From the human T2T-CHM13v2.0 reference genome, Homo sapiens: a stretch of 64,000 nucleotides of DNA. How positions within the stretch are numbered: the stretch's first letter is position 1; every line of letters starts with the position of its first letter. Under the pieces are notes generated by a model. The model ran no database searches and was not told where the DNA came from. It saw only the letters and a list, made by a program, of their open reading frames with translations. A program made the position numbers and the translations under genes. The stretch lies in NCBI RefSeq assembly GCF_009914755.1, contig NC_060930.1; one strand, written 5' to 3'. This document shows, one piece after another, positions 16,070 to 31,799 of this stretch.

Positions 16070-17400
16070 AAATCAGAGAAGTTAAGGGAAAGTGCTATAT
16101 TTTAAATTTGAATTGAAAAATCTTAGTGTAAATGACAGATTTTTCTTTAAAAAAAAATTTCCTAGCTTTCACCACAAAAAGGCTTATAAGGGATAATAAA
16201 TTCAGCAGCAAGAAGCACCCACAATGCCCAGGTTATGCTCTATAAATATAATTTACCACCAAAAGGAACCAGGACTTTGAAGAAATGACTGTTCCAGATT
16301 TGTGGCAGGAAATGTATAAGATGAGCTTAAGACATTTTGTTGTACCAGAAATGAAGGAAAATATCAAAGAGTAATTTGGTTATATAAAAGGACACAGGAG
16401 GCAACTTCAAGGGACTAGCCTAAGATGTGACAATCTGAATATCAAACAGGAAAATAACTGTGATGGATTAAAACACATAAAATAGATGCAAATCAATTGG
16501 TCATCACTGGAGGTTCTTTGGGCATTGTTCATCAACTTATTACTTTGAAAATGTAACAATAAAGGGAAAACATCAAGCATTTTTCCTGCTTTCCCTATAC
16601 CATGGTACTTCAAGGAGACAAAAAGTAGATAAGAGAAAGTTCTTTAAAGAATTATTCCACTTAATAAGTGCAGATGAGGCGTGGTGCAGTGGGTCATGCT
16701 GTAATCCAAGCACTTTGGGAGGCCAAGGTGGGAGGATTGCTTGAGCACCAGAATTCGAGACCAGCCTGGCCAACATGGCAAAACCCTGTCTCTATTAAAA
16801 ACACGCAAAAAAATTAGCTGGCCATGGTGTCACGTGCCTGTAATCCCAGCTACTTGGGAGGCTGAGGCAGGAGAATTGCTTGAACCCCAGAGGCAGAGGT
16901 TGCAGGCAGTCCAGCCTGGGCGACAGAGCGAGGAGACGGTCTCAAAAACAAACAAACAAAACAGAGGAGAATGAGCTGTCACAGAATAACAGAGGCTTAT
17001 GAACCATAATAACCAAATGCAAAATGTGGACCATATTTGGATGCCAATTCAAACAAATCAACAGTAAAAATGTATATTTCAGATTGTTAGAGAAAATGTG
17101 AATAAAAAGTGGGTATTAGATGACATTAAGGTTTATTGTAAATTTTGTTAGGTGTGCTGATAGCATGGTTGTTATGTTTTTGCAAGGTCTTTATCACTTA
17201 GAGTGCCATCCTGGAGTAATTACGGGAGAAACAATATGGATGCTGGGAATTGCTTTAAAATACTCCAGAAAAAAATAAAATGAAAATGAGAGAATAGATG
17301 AAATCAGAGTGGCATAAAGCTAGGCAATATATATGAAGGTTCATTGTACTATTCTATTTTTGTATGCATTTAAGATTTTTTATAAGAAGTAAAACCAAAA
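16070..17400 (+). mobile_element. L1MC/MD-type 3' region interrupted by an Alu
   Basis: A-rich; aaccaaatgcaaaatgtggacc, gggtattagatgacattaagg, gggaattgctttaaaatactcca. Confidence 0.65.
16678..16962 (+). mobile_element. Alu with right-arm deletion
   Basis: Alu dimer with (CAAA)n tail. Confidence 0.92.
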
Positions 17401-17568
17401 CAAACAAAAAACAGAAAAACAAATAAACAAACAAATAACCAAACAAAAAAACTTTGACATGGAAGAACACCGGAGCATCAGAGGGTGATCATCTACATTG
17501 TAGTCCAGATCTGCTACTAATTCACCATTCAAGGGCTTTGGCCCTCAGCTTCTTTATTCATAAAATGA

Positions 17569-17876
<308 letters not shown>

Positions 17877-19829
17877 AGATTTTGACTTCTGAAGACTCTT
17901 CCAATTCTAACATACTGTGATTTTGTTACTCTGAAATCCCCATCTCTGGCTCCTTCTCAAGAATCCTTTCCCAACTAAGTAACTGTAAGCAAGACAGGAG
18001 TTTCCTCTAACTCTCCTAAGAATGCTTTCTCTGAATATGTGACTTGCATATCTTACTTTCTATTCTCTTGCGCATGAAAAGCACCGGAACTAATTCCTGT
18101 ATATCTAAATCATTCAACACTTGCTGTACTCCATATATACATCTGCTTCTGTAATATGTGTGTATGTGTCAGTGTTGTATATCTAAGACTATAAACTAGG
18201 ACACTGTCAACCAAGCATATGGGTGTTCGCTTTAATCATACTGATGACTTAGCACATTGTCAACATGTAGCAAATGTATAACACCATAATACTATAGTAT
18301 AAATAGTGAACTTTTTCAGCAATCTGTTGCAGCTGGCCTAACTATCCACACTGTATTTGTGGTTCAATTTGTTTCTTCTTCTCTGTCCAACATCACAAGT
18401 CATCATTTGGTAGACTATATTTCCAGGATGGATAAAACATCTTTGTGTTTCATGCAAAATAGGCCTAATCCACAAGGTTTTTTTTCTTTCCCCATTAAAT
18501 AAGGGGATATGAACCTCTTTCTTATGTGAAGAATATAAACTTCTCCAATTTTCAAATTTTGCCTATGAACTATATAGCTATAGACTCTATTGTATTGCCT
18601 TTTCTTCCTGTCTAAAATCTGCAAGTTCATAATTCAAATACACCATTTAAAAAAGAGCCTTAGTATGGCAATGACACCTGGAAGTGATTAGATATCACTT
18701 TAACACTTGAGACAAATTCAAATCAATGCCGCTGATATGCTTCTTAAAATTTTGCCTTTTAGATAACTTCTAAAAACCAGGAAGTGACCACATGAAAGCT
18801 TATGTGCATTTCTTCTGTTTCTTTTTGTGGGGAGTGCAGAGGTGAGGGGTAGTTATACTTTTGGATGTTTGGCTAATTCCAACTAAGTGCTCATATTTTG
18901 CTTATATTTACCTTTTGTCTAATCCATCCTCTCAACTCTGGGATGACCTGGTCTAAGGATGTTAAACACTGCAAGATAGCTGAATTTCATACTTGCTGAG
19001 GCAGTGTTGGCCAAACCTTTTTTCTTCTTAAAAAGAAAAAAGAAGTGACCATAAATTTCCATCAGAGGTTTTAAAAAAGTACCTCCTTGTTGCTGCAAGT
19101 GACCTCACAAAACTATGCTACTCTGCTGATGTCACTTCCCTGATTCAAAAGTCTTCAATATTTTGCTTACTGAATTACACAGAAACTCTTCAGCCTGCAC
19201 TCGATACACCAGGTAATCACGGTACAGTACCTGCATCTCAGTGAGTTGTTATAAGAAGTAAATGAACTAATACACATAAAGCACATAACACAATGCCTGG
19301 GAGCTGGAGACACACAAGATTGTTCCTTGTAAGCATTCCCTGAACCTCTTGAAGTCCTCAGAAAAAGTGTATTTTCAGTAAACATTTGTTGAATAAATAC
19401 ATTGAATGATTTAAGGAGAAAAATTAATTCTTTGATATCTATGAACAAATAGAAGTTCTCCCTTAACATGCTAGTATAACTTTTTGAGGACATTTACATG
19501 GTGTGTTAAGCGATAGAATGCCCACGCATAGAGTTTTAAAACCAAACAACCCAATTTTGAAAATTTAACAGGAAGATTTCATAAAGGGAAGGCCCATTTA
19601 TTCAGATGAATCAAAGATGGATCTCAGATGTAATCATATTTTATTTGTACAGGGTCATTCACCCTAGAATCAAAGCACTCACCATATATCTCATTAACCC
19701 TTATGACACCCCCAGGGGCAGGTAGATGGTAAAGATGATCCTCTTGGAAAGCCTGAGGCCCAGGACAGTGAAGGGACTTGTCAGAGGCCACGTCAAGTGA
19801 GTGAGTAATGGAGCAAGAAACAGAGCTAA

Positions 19830-20560
<731 letters not shown>

Positions 20561-21149
20561 TCAATAACTAACATTTAAAAAAACATAAATCAGTTGGGTC
20601 TTATGTTTGTTAGTTTTATTTTAATGACTCCATGATGCCATTTATGTCTGGGGAAGAAAACCTGAGCAAATATTGGTTCAGAAACAAACTTCTCCGTAAG
20701 GCAAATGTAGGCAAGTAATATGAACTCTAATTTGCAACTGAAAACATAGGAGCTGAGTTTTGAGTTTCCAAACGTAACTGCAGAAGTTGAGTTTCTTTTT
20801 CTCTCTGTCTTTTTCTTTTTTGCTTTCTTTCTCTCTCTCTCTCCTTCTTTCCTTCTTTCTTTTTTTTTTTCATGATTCTACCTGGCTGTGATGGGTAAAC
20901 GAACTCTTTTTAATTGACTCATCAGAATAGAGATTACCAGAATTTTCAGGTATTTTAACCTCCAGATTTTACCAGAAACCCACAGAATGAGTTGTTATGC
21001 TTTCGGTATCCCGTGACTGAAAATAAAACCCATCACAACAAAATGACCAAAAACTGCTATGAATTCGGTGACTGTGCAATGAAATTGTCAATTATCCTCT
21101 CTGCCTTCCTGCGTTGAAAGAGTTTCAAGAAGTTGTGGTGAGTGGATGT

Positions 21150-21890
21150 ATTCCCAGACGGATGCGGGCGGTCCCCGGGCAGGGACCCCGAATCCGGGGT
21201 CGCAGGGTGGTAGAGCCGGAAGATTGGATTCCATCTCCGCAAGGATTGAGAAAAACGGACTCACCGACTGAACTATTCCATCTCCAAGTTGTTTTTATTT
21301 TCCACTTTAAGCATAAGAACGATGAGAACCAGGAGCCAGGCGGCCCCGCGTAGCGGTGGGAGCGCAGGTACCCGAGAGTACCCGCTGGGGGCCGGCCCGG
21401 CGCGCTCGCTCCTCCTCGCCTTTCCGGGAACCGTGCGCAGGAGCTCACACGGCACGCCTGCGGCCAGGGGCAATCGGGTTCTCGGTTCCCGGAGTCCCAG
21501 TTCCCGGTTTCCAGTTTCCTTATCGACGCGATTGTTCCGTCGGGGTCTTCCAAGGGGATCCGAATGGTGGCCAAGTCCCGCTGGGGAAATCCGCAGGGGT
21601 GCGGCCTGCGGGGCCTTTGGGGGCGCACCTACGCCACGGGCTCTGCCATTCCTATCCGGAAAATTCAAGCTGTTTGGGCACCAGGAGGGACTCTGAGACA
21701 GAGGGCGTCGGAGAAGGCGCGTCTCTGCTTGTCCTCTTGGGCTGACTGAGGGTCTCACGCTAGGCCAGCGCTGGCTTCGGGACAGCTCCACTACGGCGAG
21801 GGCCACACGGGTGGCCGCGGAAGGGATGAAAGGATTTGGAAGGACACCAGCCTTTTCGGACTTTGCAGGATCCAGGCCTGCTGCGCCCGA
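21150..21890. promoter_or_regulatory. CpG island 1 (orphan)
   Basis: GC-rich, dense CpG, non-repetitive; contains TTCCGGGAA at 21422-21430. Confidence 0.85.
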
Positions 21891-21924
21891 TGCTGCCTGA
21901 GACCCACCTTCCCAAGGAAGACTG

Positions 21925-22137
21925 AAACTCAGGCCCTGGACCCAGGCTGTCTGGATTCTGTCCTTAGCTCAACCATTTGTCAGCTGCCGCGCGACCCTGA
22001 GCGAGTTACTTAACCTCACTGGTCTTCACTTCATTTGCAAAGTGGGGATCATCATAACGTCTACCTCAGAGGGCTGTTGTGAGAATATGAGATGATGCAT
22101 TTAAAGTGTTCTGGCACGGGGGTTGCTCAATTAATGT
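21925..22137 (+). mobile_element. MIR
   Basis: MIR core gagttacttaacctc...catttgcaaagtggggat...cctcagagggctgttgtgag. Confidence 0.8.
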
Positions 22138-22255
22138 CAGGGGCTGCTTGGTAGAATTCAATAAGCTCGGTGAGAGGAGTCGTGCAACTAACAAGAATTT
22201 CACAGTGATGTTTTGCCAGGCCCTGCCCTTCGAACTATGGAGAAAGCAGAGGCGT

Positions 22256-22645
<390 letters not shown>

Positions 22646-23006
22646 TTAAACAAGGTGGACAGTGAGCAAAGCCAGGTGACAGGGAGCCAGGGGAGAAGGT
22701 GGTCTGTCTAGCCAGAGGGAAGAGCACGAGGGAGCTCCAGTTTCCCTCACTAAATCCTGTCACACACAAACATGTTATCAAGTGAGTCCTCCCTAGGGAG
22801 ATATACCTAAGGAGACAGGCGGGGTAGCTGGAAGGAAGCCCAGTTCTAGCACCACCGCCAGCCTGTATTGGTTTAAGCCAAGTGCTGCTTTCTCCAACCC
22901 CCAGGACCCTGCAGCCCCATCCTTGTACATCTTCAGAAGAATTTCCCTGGAAAAAGACATGAGGAATATGTGTGGGGGTGGGGGAAAGGGGTGTGGAGAA
23001 GAAAAA

Positions 23007-23148
23007 GCCATGTGAAGACACAGCAAGACAGTGGCTAATCTGCAAGGCAAGGAGAGGGGCCTCAGAAGAAACCAAACCTGCTGACAGCTTGATCTTGGAC
23101 TTCCAGCCTCCAGAACCCTGAGAAAATAATTTTCTGTTGTTTCAGCCA
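23007..23148 (+). mobile_element. MLT1A/B LTR fragment
   Basis: ggcctcagaagaaaccaaacctgctgacagcttgatcttggacttccagcctccagaac. Confidence 0.8.
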
Positions 23149-23375
23149 AAAAGAAAAAAAAATTTCCAATAGAGTCATAAAGGGGGATAATTCACATTCT
23201 CTCAAGGAATCTAACTTCCACTTCCCCCTTTCCATGGAAGATGATGAGAAATGTAGGTCATGCTGCTGACACAAACTAAGCAAAAAGTGGTTTTTCAGAG
23301 AACCAACTTTTTTTAAGCTTTTGAGAGTAACAGTGACCACACAATTCTGAGACACCATACAAATAATATCAGTAA

Positions 23376-23742
<367 letters not shown>

Positions 23743-24029
23743 TAGACAGGAGAAATGGCTTCTAAAAGATAGGAAGGTAAAGTACAAACCATATATACAC
23801 AGAAGTCTGGCCTGCATATACTATCAATATCACATACCAGTAAAAACAACTGCCACTTATTGTGTTATGTACTTAGTGTTTTATGTGTATTTACTTATTG
23901 ATAACCCTATAAGGTAGAATCTATCATCATTTTACAGATGAGAGAATTGAGCTTTAGAGCAGTTAAATCACTTGTCCAAGGTCATAGAGCTAGTAAATAC
24001 TGGAGCCACTCCCTTTCCCCATTTTATTA

Positions 24030-25190
24030 AAATAAATATTTATTGAGTGCTTTCCATGTGCCAGGCACTGTTTGAGACATTGGAGATACAGCTACTTAAA
24101 AGAAAATCCCTGCCCTCATATATATTACTTACATTCTTGTGGAGAGACAGAAGCAGTAAGAGGGGGATAATGTAAATGTAGTATATGGGAAGTTAAATAC
24201 CATGGAGAAAAACAAAGCAGGGAAAGGGGAAAAGGAGGGGATCAGGTGGCAATGTTAAATAGGCGGTCAGGGAAAGCTGCACTCAGGAGGTGACATTGGA
24301 GCAAAAAGTTGAAACAAACTATGCCTATCTGGGTAACAGTGCTCCAGGCAGAGGGGGGACAGCAAGTGCAAAGGCCCTAAGGCAGGAAAAACAGGAGGGT
24401 CAGTGTAGCCAGACAGGAGTGGGCATGGGCAAGGAGAAAGCAGAAAAGGTCAGACATGCAGTAGTCACTCAGGAGGTAGAAGAGTTAGGCTTTTACTCTC
24501 TGAGTGAAGTGGGGAATCGCTGAGGGATTCTGAGCTCCTTTATGTATCACAATCACTCTGGCCGCTGTGCTAAGAATGAATGCACTGTAAAGGGGGACAA
24601 GACAGAAGCATGGATACCAGTCAAGAAGCTGTCCTGGCAACCTAGGTGAGGGAGGATGATGGTGTGGGCCCACGCAGTAGGAGAAGAAGTCGTAAGCAAT
24701 GGTCAGATTCTGGATATACACAGAAGGTAGAGGCACAGCATTCACCAACAGGCTCCATTTGGAGTATGATCAAGGAGCCAAGGGCTGCTCCAAGGTTTTT
24801 GGCTTGAGCACCTCCTGAAAAAAATGGTGTTGCTCTTAATCTAAAGGGGGAACACTGAAGATGGGGCAGGTATAGGGGCTAAGCGTCTAACAAATTAAAT
24901 TTGAGGCTGGGTTTGGTGGCTCACGCCTGTAATCCCAACACTTTGGGAGGCTGAGACGGGCAGATCACTTGAGGTCAGGAGTTTGAGACTAGCCTGGCCA
25001 ACATGGAGAAACCCCATCTCTACTAAAAAATACAAAAAAGTAGCCAGGTGTGGTGGTGGGTGCCTGTAATCCCAGCTACTCAGGAGGCTGAGGCAGGAGA
25101 ATTGCTTGAACCTGTGAAGTGGAGGTTGCAGTGAGCCTAGATTGTGCCACTGCACTCAAGCCAGGTGGCAGAGTGAGACTCCATCTCAAA

Positions 25191-25229
<39 letters not shown>

Positions 25230-25450
25230 ATTTGAGGTTCTTTTAGACATTTAAGTGGAGATAAATATCAAGTAGGCAGTTGAATAAATGAAACAAGGTT
25301 GGAGTTTAGGGAAGAAGTACAGGCTGAATTTTTTTTTTTTTAATTCGGGGATGGTCAGGCTGTAGGAGCTGGTGACTGCAAGAGAAAACATAAGCGGTGA
25401 GGGTAGATACTTAAAAAAAGAAAAAAAAAAGAGGTCTGAGAGCCTGCCCA
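24030..25450 (-). mobile_element. L2 3' region interrupted by an Alu
   Basis: aataaatatttattgagtg...tgtgccaggcactg; ggtcagattctggatata; tagacatttaagtggagat. Confidence 0.75.
24905..25230 (+). mobile_element. AluS with (TAAA)n tail
   Basis: Dimer with (TAAA)~10 tail; TSD core taaatttga. Confidence 0.95.
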
Positions 25451-25859
25451 GGTATGCTCCTACTTTTCCCACTTTACAAAGACTGAAGAGCGAAAGAGAA
25501 GCGCACCCAGACACACCCAGGTTCACGGTTGCTTCCTCTGTTGGATCTCTGCCCACTCTCCTGGACAGAGTTAAGCCTTTTCACTGGAGGCAGCTGGGAG
25601 GAAGCTAAGTTTGGCAGTGGAAAGCCACAGGCTCCAGCCCCATGGTCCAAGGCACTTGATCTCTCTGGGTGTCCATATTCCCCTCTGTCAAAGGGGATGC
25701 TAACACTCCCTTAGGGAGTAGTAATCTTGGATCAGTGAGAGAAAAGAGCCCATAAAACTCGCTCTTTTGCTGGTTCCTCCTACTCAGGACTTTCCCCAGC
25801 ACTTCACCTAGGTCCACACACTGTCCTATCTACATAGACGCTTCACATCTCCAGTGCCA

Positions 25860-26580
25860 TGCCGGTACAAAACGGGGGCTCAGAGAAAGAATTAATGGAT
25901 CCAAAGATGGTAGTGGCATCGCCGGCCAGGAGTGAACGCTGTCAATTCATCTTGCCCTTAAGGGAGGGAAACCCTCCTACCGAATATAGTGCGAGCCTCA
26001 ATGGTGGGTCTGTCCTGGGGCCTGGGCAGGGCGCCGGGTCTCCGGACTCAGGCAAGCACCTTCTCCTAACCGCAAGCGAAGCGAGGAGGAGCGACCAGAG
26101 CGCTTCCTCTCCCGCCGGAGCTGAGTCCTCTGGGCCGCAGTCCTTCCTGGACGAGCTCTGAGGCCGAAGATGCGTTGCGTGACTATGCTGCTGCCTGGAC
26201 GCGGGGTCTCTAGTCCGGAGGCACGGAAGGACCTGCCTGCCTGACTCTAGTCTGCAAGTCTCGGGCACACGCGCGGCTTCTGCCCACCCGCGTAAATGCC
26301 CTGGGGAAAGGCGCCCTTTCTTTTACGATGTTTTTTAAGAGACGAATTCCCTTTTTCCCTCTACAGCAATCCCTCAGATTTCTGGGGGAAAATGGGGCCC
26401 CGTTTTCCAGTACACAGGCCACCCCAGGAAGACCGCGTCGGGCGCTGTGTGATCTGGAGAGTGCATTCTGCGGACCGAGGTCCTGCTTTTGCTCGCCCCG
26501 GACGCGGCTACATGGGGTCAGCTCAGAAGGACGTTGCATTTGGACACTGTTGCCAGAGCCTGCGGATGACATCCCGAGGG
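25860..26580. promoter_or_regulatory. CpG island 2 (orphan)
   Basis: GC/CpG-rich unique sequence. Confidence 0.8.
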
Positions 26581-26831
26581 CAGTTGCTGGGGAGATCATA
26601 GATTATTGCAGAAATTCATTAAAACGACTTTTCAATGCATTCCAGCAACCCTGGCCTAGCAAGAACCCACGTCTGGCAACAATGGAGGAATTAACCTGGA
26701 TGTTATGGGGAGTGGATCTTAACAATTTGAGGGTCATTAATCTCTTTAAAATTGGGTACAAACTATGGAAAGTAGCCCCCCGAAAGCACACTTTGGGATA
26801 CATGTTCTGCGTTCTAGTAATACCTTCCACT

Positions 26832-26907
26832 ACACACACACACACACACACACACCACACACAGTCATACACACACACACACAGACACACACACACACAC
26901 ACACACA
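26832..26907. repeat. Interrupted (CA)n microsatellite
   Basis: Direct reading. Confidence 0.97.
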
Positions 26908-29239
26908 CCCCCTTCCCCTATCACACCTGGAGCCCTGGATAAGAACTGGCATACAAGTTTTGTGATCTCAGCAGGGAAAAAAAATCAAGTCAATCTCACA
27001 GAGCTTGTTTGGATTGTTGTTTCTTCTCAGTAACAAGTGGACAACAGTTAATCAAGGGATCAAGTGAGTTTGGTGGATATGAAAGGACACAGACCTCCTG
27101 GGAAAGGAAAGATGCAATTAGAATGAAATCATCCCCTTGGGTTGTCCTGGCCTCTCCAAACCACCAACAAAAATGTAATTAGGGCAAAAATGTTTTGGAA
27201 GGAAGTTAGCAAACAGGGAAGGTTTCCTTAGACGTAATGATGACAGTTTTGTATTTTGTTATTCTATTAACCAAGAAATTTCTATGTTATATGCCAAGAA
27301 CTTTTGATGGCCTCAGAGAAGCAGTACATACTCTGGATGTTTTGTTTTCTTTTGTTTTGTTTATGTGGGGTGGGGGGACAATAATGATATACCTAGTGCA
27401 CCAGGGACAGCAGCTATCCACTATCTAACCGGCCTGCTGCTGGTGTTTTTGTGTAACAGTGGAGAATAACATATCTGTCTTATTTTATTTCACCAGATGG
27501 AGAAAATGCAACAATATTTGGGGAAAAAACATTTCCTGTCTTTTTGTTCTTAACATAAAAAAGCACTTTATGACTATTTTTTTTTTCAGCATATTTTCTC
27601 CTCTGGGGAACTTCTTAAAACCTTAAAACATATATTTGCCAGGAGTCTTTGAATTCTCATGATAGTCCTATCTCTTTCTACAACCAAGACTTGCTGGACT
27701 TGCTCCATTAGGGAAACTTGTGTTTTACAAGCTGTAGACAATAACTGAATAGCTAAACTTTTTTTTTTTTTTTGAGGGAAAATTTTAAACTTAAAACACT
27801 TAGCATTTATGGGCCATTGATTTTTTTTTTATTACCCATTTAACCATGTCTTTTCTTTGACGCTCATCCAGAGGGACTCTCATCATCCATGGCTAGATCA
27901 GAGAAACCAAAAGGAAAGGTCTTCATCATCTCTAATCTCCATCTCTCACCTCCCTCCAAAGCAGTTTACAATAAAGAGACTCACTCCCACATCCTGATCC
28001 TGCTCTTCTTTGATCTTCCCCATCATTTTCTTATTAAAAACAACTGCTCTGTTGCCACCACCAGTTTCAAGTCTGAGTAACTATTTTCATGCTTAAATTT
28101 TTAATTTTGAAAATCAGGTCATATATTAGAGTTATTATGGTAGCAAATACAATATTCCCACTTGAAAAACAGGGGAAATCTGTAGAGAACAACCTATTAA
28201 TTTTCCACCAGCTAGAAAGCACTAAAATGCTACTTTCTGAATATGGGTCTCTGGTTTTCCAGCCTGGCTTCTTCCTGTCTCAGTCACACCACCTTTCATG
28301 GTTTCCTGGGCTATTTCTTCCATTGAGCACTAATTAAAAGTGAGCAAACATTAAATTTCATTCCCATCAGCATAATAAAAAAAATACATTCTGTAACAAG
28401 TTACCAAACTCCAGCCAATGATGCAATATACCACCAAATTCCAGTGGAACAAAATAATTTGAATAAGCCCTCAGATTTCATAGTTTTGGAATGTCTTACC
28501 TACTAAAACAGATGCATTGCATTCTCTCTTTGCAAATAAATAGGACAAATAACTTATCAAATAAAAATTTAAAAACAGTGGTTAAAAAGTTTATGCTTTA
28601 TAAACACATAAAGATTGTAATCAGATTTGGAAAAATGGCACTAACATTAGCCAAATTTGAAAAAAATGAATAGAGCAAAGATAGAACAAGATTCTTTACA
28701 AGTTTATATAATACCTACTACCTTATACAAGTTCATAGGGGATTCTTTCATTCACAACTATAACTTCACTTTCTGAATTTCAGTATTCTAGGACCAATGG
28801 CACATTCCACTTGGAATTATCTTCCTCCAGGACAGATGCTGTCAACCATATGGCCTTCTCAGGCTGAATTTGGCGCTACTGTTATAATGGTATACAGCTC
28901 AGCAGCCCTTTGTACTTCCCCCATCAGAGCAATGACTGCACTTTACTGCCCTTGCTTATACAGTTCTGGATCTTCCCTGTTATGGTATAAATTCCACTAG
29001 GGAAGGGAATAGATCTGTTTTGCTCAGCAATGTATTCGATGTACATGGCATACAGTAGGTATTTATTAAATGTTTCATGAATTAATGAATAGACCTAGGA
29101 GAAATGATAAGTGGGGTTTTTTTTAAGCACAAAGAAGCCAAGGGCAAGAAACAACCAGAGATAAATTCCTTCCATCTCGTTTATTCAATCTAGTGAGGAA
29201 GTCTCATTAGTGAATAGTGCAGGGTAGCAACTGGCCAGA

Positions 29240-29410
29240 CAGCTGAGTTTGAAACCCAGCTCCGTTATTTACCAGCTGTGTGACTTGGGATAAGTTACTT
29301 AACCTCTCTGAACTTCATTTCCTCTTCTGTAAAATAGGTACAACAGAGCTCCCTTGTAGGGTTGTTTTAAGAATTAATAAACATATACGCCTGATATTTG
29401 GAGGTACTCT
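29240..29410 (+). mobile_element. MIR
   Basis: agctgtgtgacttgggataagttacttaacctctctgaacttcatttcctcttctgtaaaat. Confidence 0.8.
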
Positions 29411-29749
29411 ACAAACAAACATTACCATTCATTCACTAAGCTTTTGAGGGCTTGCTATAGGCACTGGGGATACAAAAATAAACCAAAATCCTCCCTCAAG
29501 ATGTAAGATTCTTAAGTAATATGGCAACTACAATAACAGAGATAATCACAAGGAGCTATGGGAGCAGAAACTCAGCTGCAGAGAGGGATGCAATACAAAG
29601 AAAAGCAGCACGTCTTTAAAGACCATAGGGCTGAACAACACAACTTGTAGGGGAGAGTGTGACCACCACAAGCAGTTGGCTTCCCATTAAATACAAAGTC
29701 TCCAACTTAATACAATGGCTAATGAGGGCCTGTCCAAAGGCACACTCCC

Positions 29750-30140
29750 CTGTTGTCTCTCTGCCCTCATCTCTTGTCATTCTCCCTGCTCTCTTTTTGC
29801 CTCTCCTGGGTATGCTAAGCACGCTCCTACCTCAGGGATATGCACGGGCTGTCCCCTCAGTGTAGATATTTTTCCTCTGTTTCTTCACATAGCTCACTGC
29901 CTCATCTTTTGCATCTTTGCTCAAAAGTCACCTTTTCAATAAAGCCAACCCTGACCAACCTATCTAGAATTACCCTCCCTCGTCCTATCAATTGTGCTTA
30001 CTTATGTTTATTGTTTACTGATGTGATCCTTCCCATAACATAAGCTCCACAAGGGCAAAGATCTTAGCTTTTTTTTCCCTGAGACATCCCAAGTGGCTAG
30101 GACAGTAGCTAGCACACAGTGGTGTAGAATGAATGAATGA
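29750..30140 (+). mobile_element. L2a-like 3' end
   Basis: gctcaaaagtcaccttttcaataaagcc...taagctccacaagggca...agcacacagt...gaatgaatgaa. Confidence 0.7.
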
Positions 30141-31799
30141 AGTGTGGCTAGAATGTGAAGTCAGGGCAGGAAGGAGAGAAAGGCAAAGCCAGAGAGAGGT
30201 ACAGAGCCTTAGAATGGTGGTAAAGAGCTTAGATTTTTATCTGGTAAGTAATAGGAAGCCTATAAAGGTGAGTGGCATGTCCAGATCTGCTTTTCAGATA
30301 AGTCACTCAACAAAGGACTGGAAGGAAATGATAATGGCGGAGGCTTACAGTGAAGAGGCTGCTGCAGCAAGGGAGCCAGGGAGCAAGACAAGGAAGGCCT
30401 AGACTGGAGCAGCAGGAATTAGAAAGGAAGGGAAGGGGCATATCTGAGGCACAATTATGAGTTTAAATCAGGCAGGACTTGATAACTGACTTAAAGTGGA
30501 GGGCAGAAAAAGAGAAGATTCGAGCATGGATTCCAGGTTTGTAGTATGGATGACTGGGAGGTTGAACTAAGTAAGATCTAGAATGTCCAAAGGGAGAATG
30601 GTAGGAGAGGTGATGAGTTTAGCTCCATATATATCCAAGCGGTTTCTTTGTCATTTGTGAAAGAGGGAATTTGGAGCACAGAAGAGAAGTTTAGACCAGA
30701 GATATTCTTTCTAGGTGACCTAGTGATAATTATATTAATTTTAAAGGGAAAACAACTTTCATTTCAACCATCCAAATTGGCTTCCAAAAGCAGGAATTAA
30801 AAAACAGCTATATTTTAAAATTAACATTTTACATATCTATTCTATGTCATTTTTTTCCAGATAGCAAAACAAAAATGATCTTTTTGGTTATTTAATTAAT
30901 TCTTATTCTGGACTGCACTTTTTGGTAGATTTTCAGCTAACTTCCCAGAGAAAATAATAATCTCTTCCCCCAAAAGAGTTACCATGTTTGCTTGTGAAAT
31001 AGCTAGTGGGATAAGACCATACCCTTTCATTTTGTAAAAGTATAAGGGAGAAGTTAAGGAAATTCAAAGGCCATATTATATATTCAAAACAAATTTGAGG
31101 AAATACTTTCAAAATGATGTGTAATTAGTTAGTGGAAGTTACTATCACGACCAAAGATTGAAGCAAATTGCTTTATAAGCTTTCCCTTCTCCCTAATCAA
31201 ACCTGTATATAAAAATAAAGCATGGAAGAATGGACAATACTATATTGTCACTTAAAACTACACACAGGAGGAAGCATAACTTGTTTAACTTTAACAATAA
31301 TAATTTATCGAGCATTTACTTTGTACCAGTCATTGTGCTAGGCAACTGTCAACACTTTACCTGGTTTCTTCTTACCCTCTGAAGTGTACAAATAACAAAT
31401 AAACAACAACAACAACAAAAAAAAACAAAAAATCCCAGAAGTCTTAAAGTTTGAGCAACTTGCTAAAAGTTTTCAGGTGTTGGAGAAATCTTTTTAGAGA
31501 GGAGAAAACAAACCATTTTTTTTCCTTTCAAAGATCCAATTATTTATTGCAACTTGCCCTGACTTGTTACAGATGGACACTTGAAGGTCACCGTAGGCAA
31601 AAGAGCCTGACTGGTTCACAGGTTGCTGCTGTGCTTCAGAACCTAGTAAGTCAGGCACTGGAAAATGTGCAACATGTAAAATAACACTGTTATATAAATG
31701 TAAGAACAAATGAATGGGCCAAGCTCATGTTAGTGATCTGGAATGGTTTCTTTCTATAGGTGAACTTATTTAGGACTATGGAAGAATGTTTTAGTCAGT

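Noticed and set aside
21764-21789. 12-bp palindrome GCCAGCGCTGGC next to a REST half-site GGACAGCTCC
   Set aside because: Such palindromes are expected many times per window; the REST left half and spacing do not match.
21125-21806. Overlapping 130-177 aa ORFs in island 1
   Set aside because: Open in several frames on both strands, typical of CpG islands; no protein family recognised.
25900-26400. GC-rich island 2 as a possible structured ncRNA gene (e.g. TERC-like)
   Set aside because: No telomere template, H/ACA or C/D boxes, or Pol III promoter and terminator arrangement recognised.
26328-26942. 204 aa ATG ORF across island 2
   Set aside because: No recognisable homology; it runs through a (CA)n microsatellite and is explained by GC-rich, stop-poor sequence.
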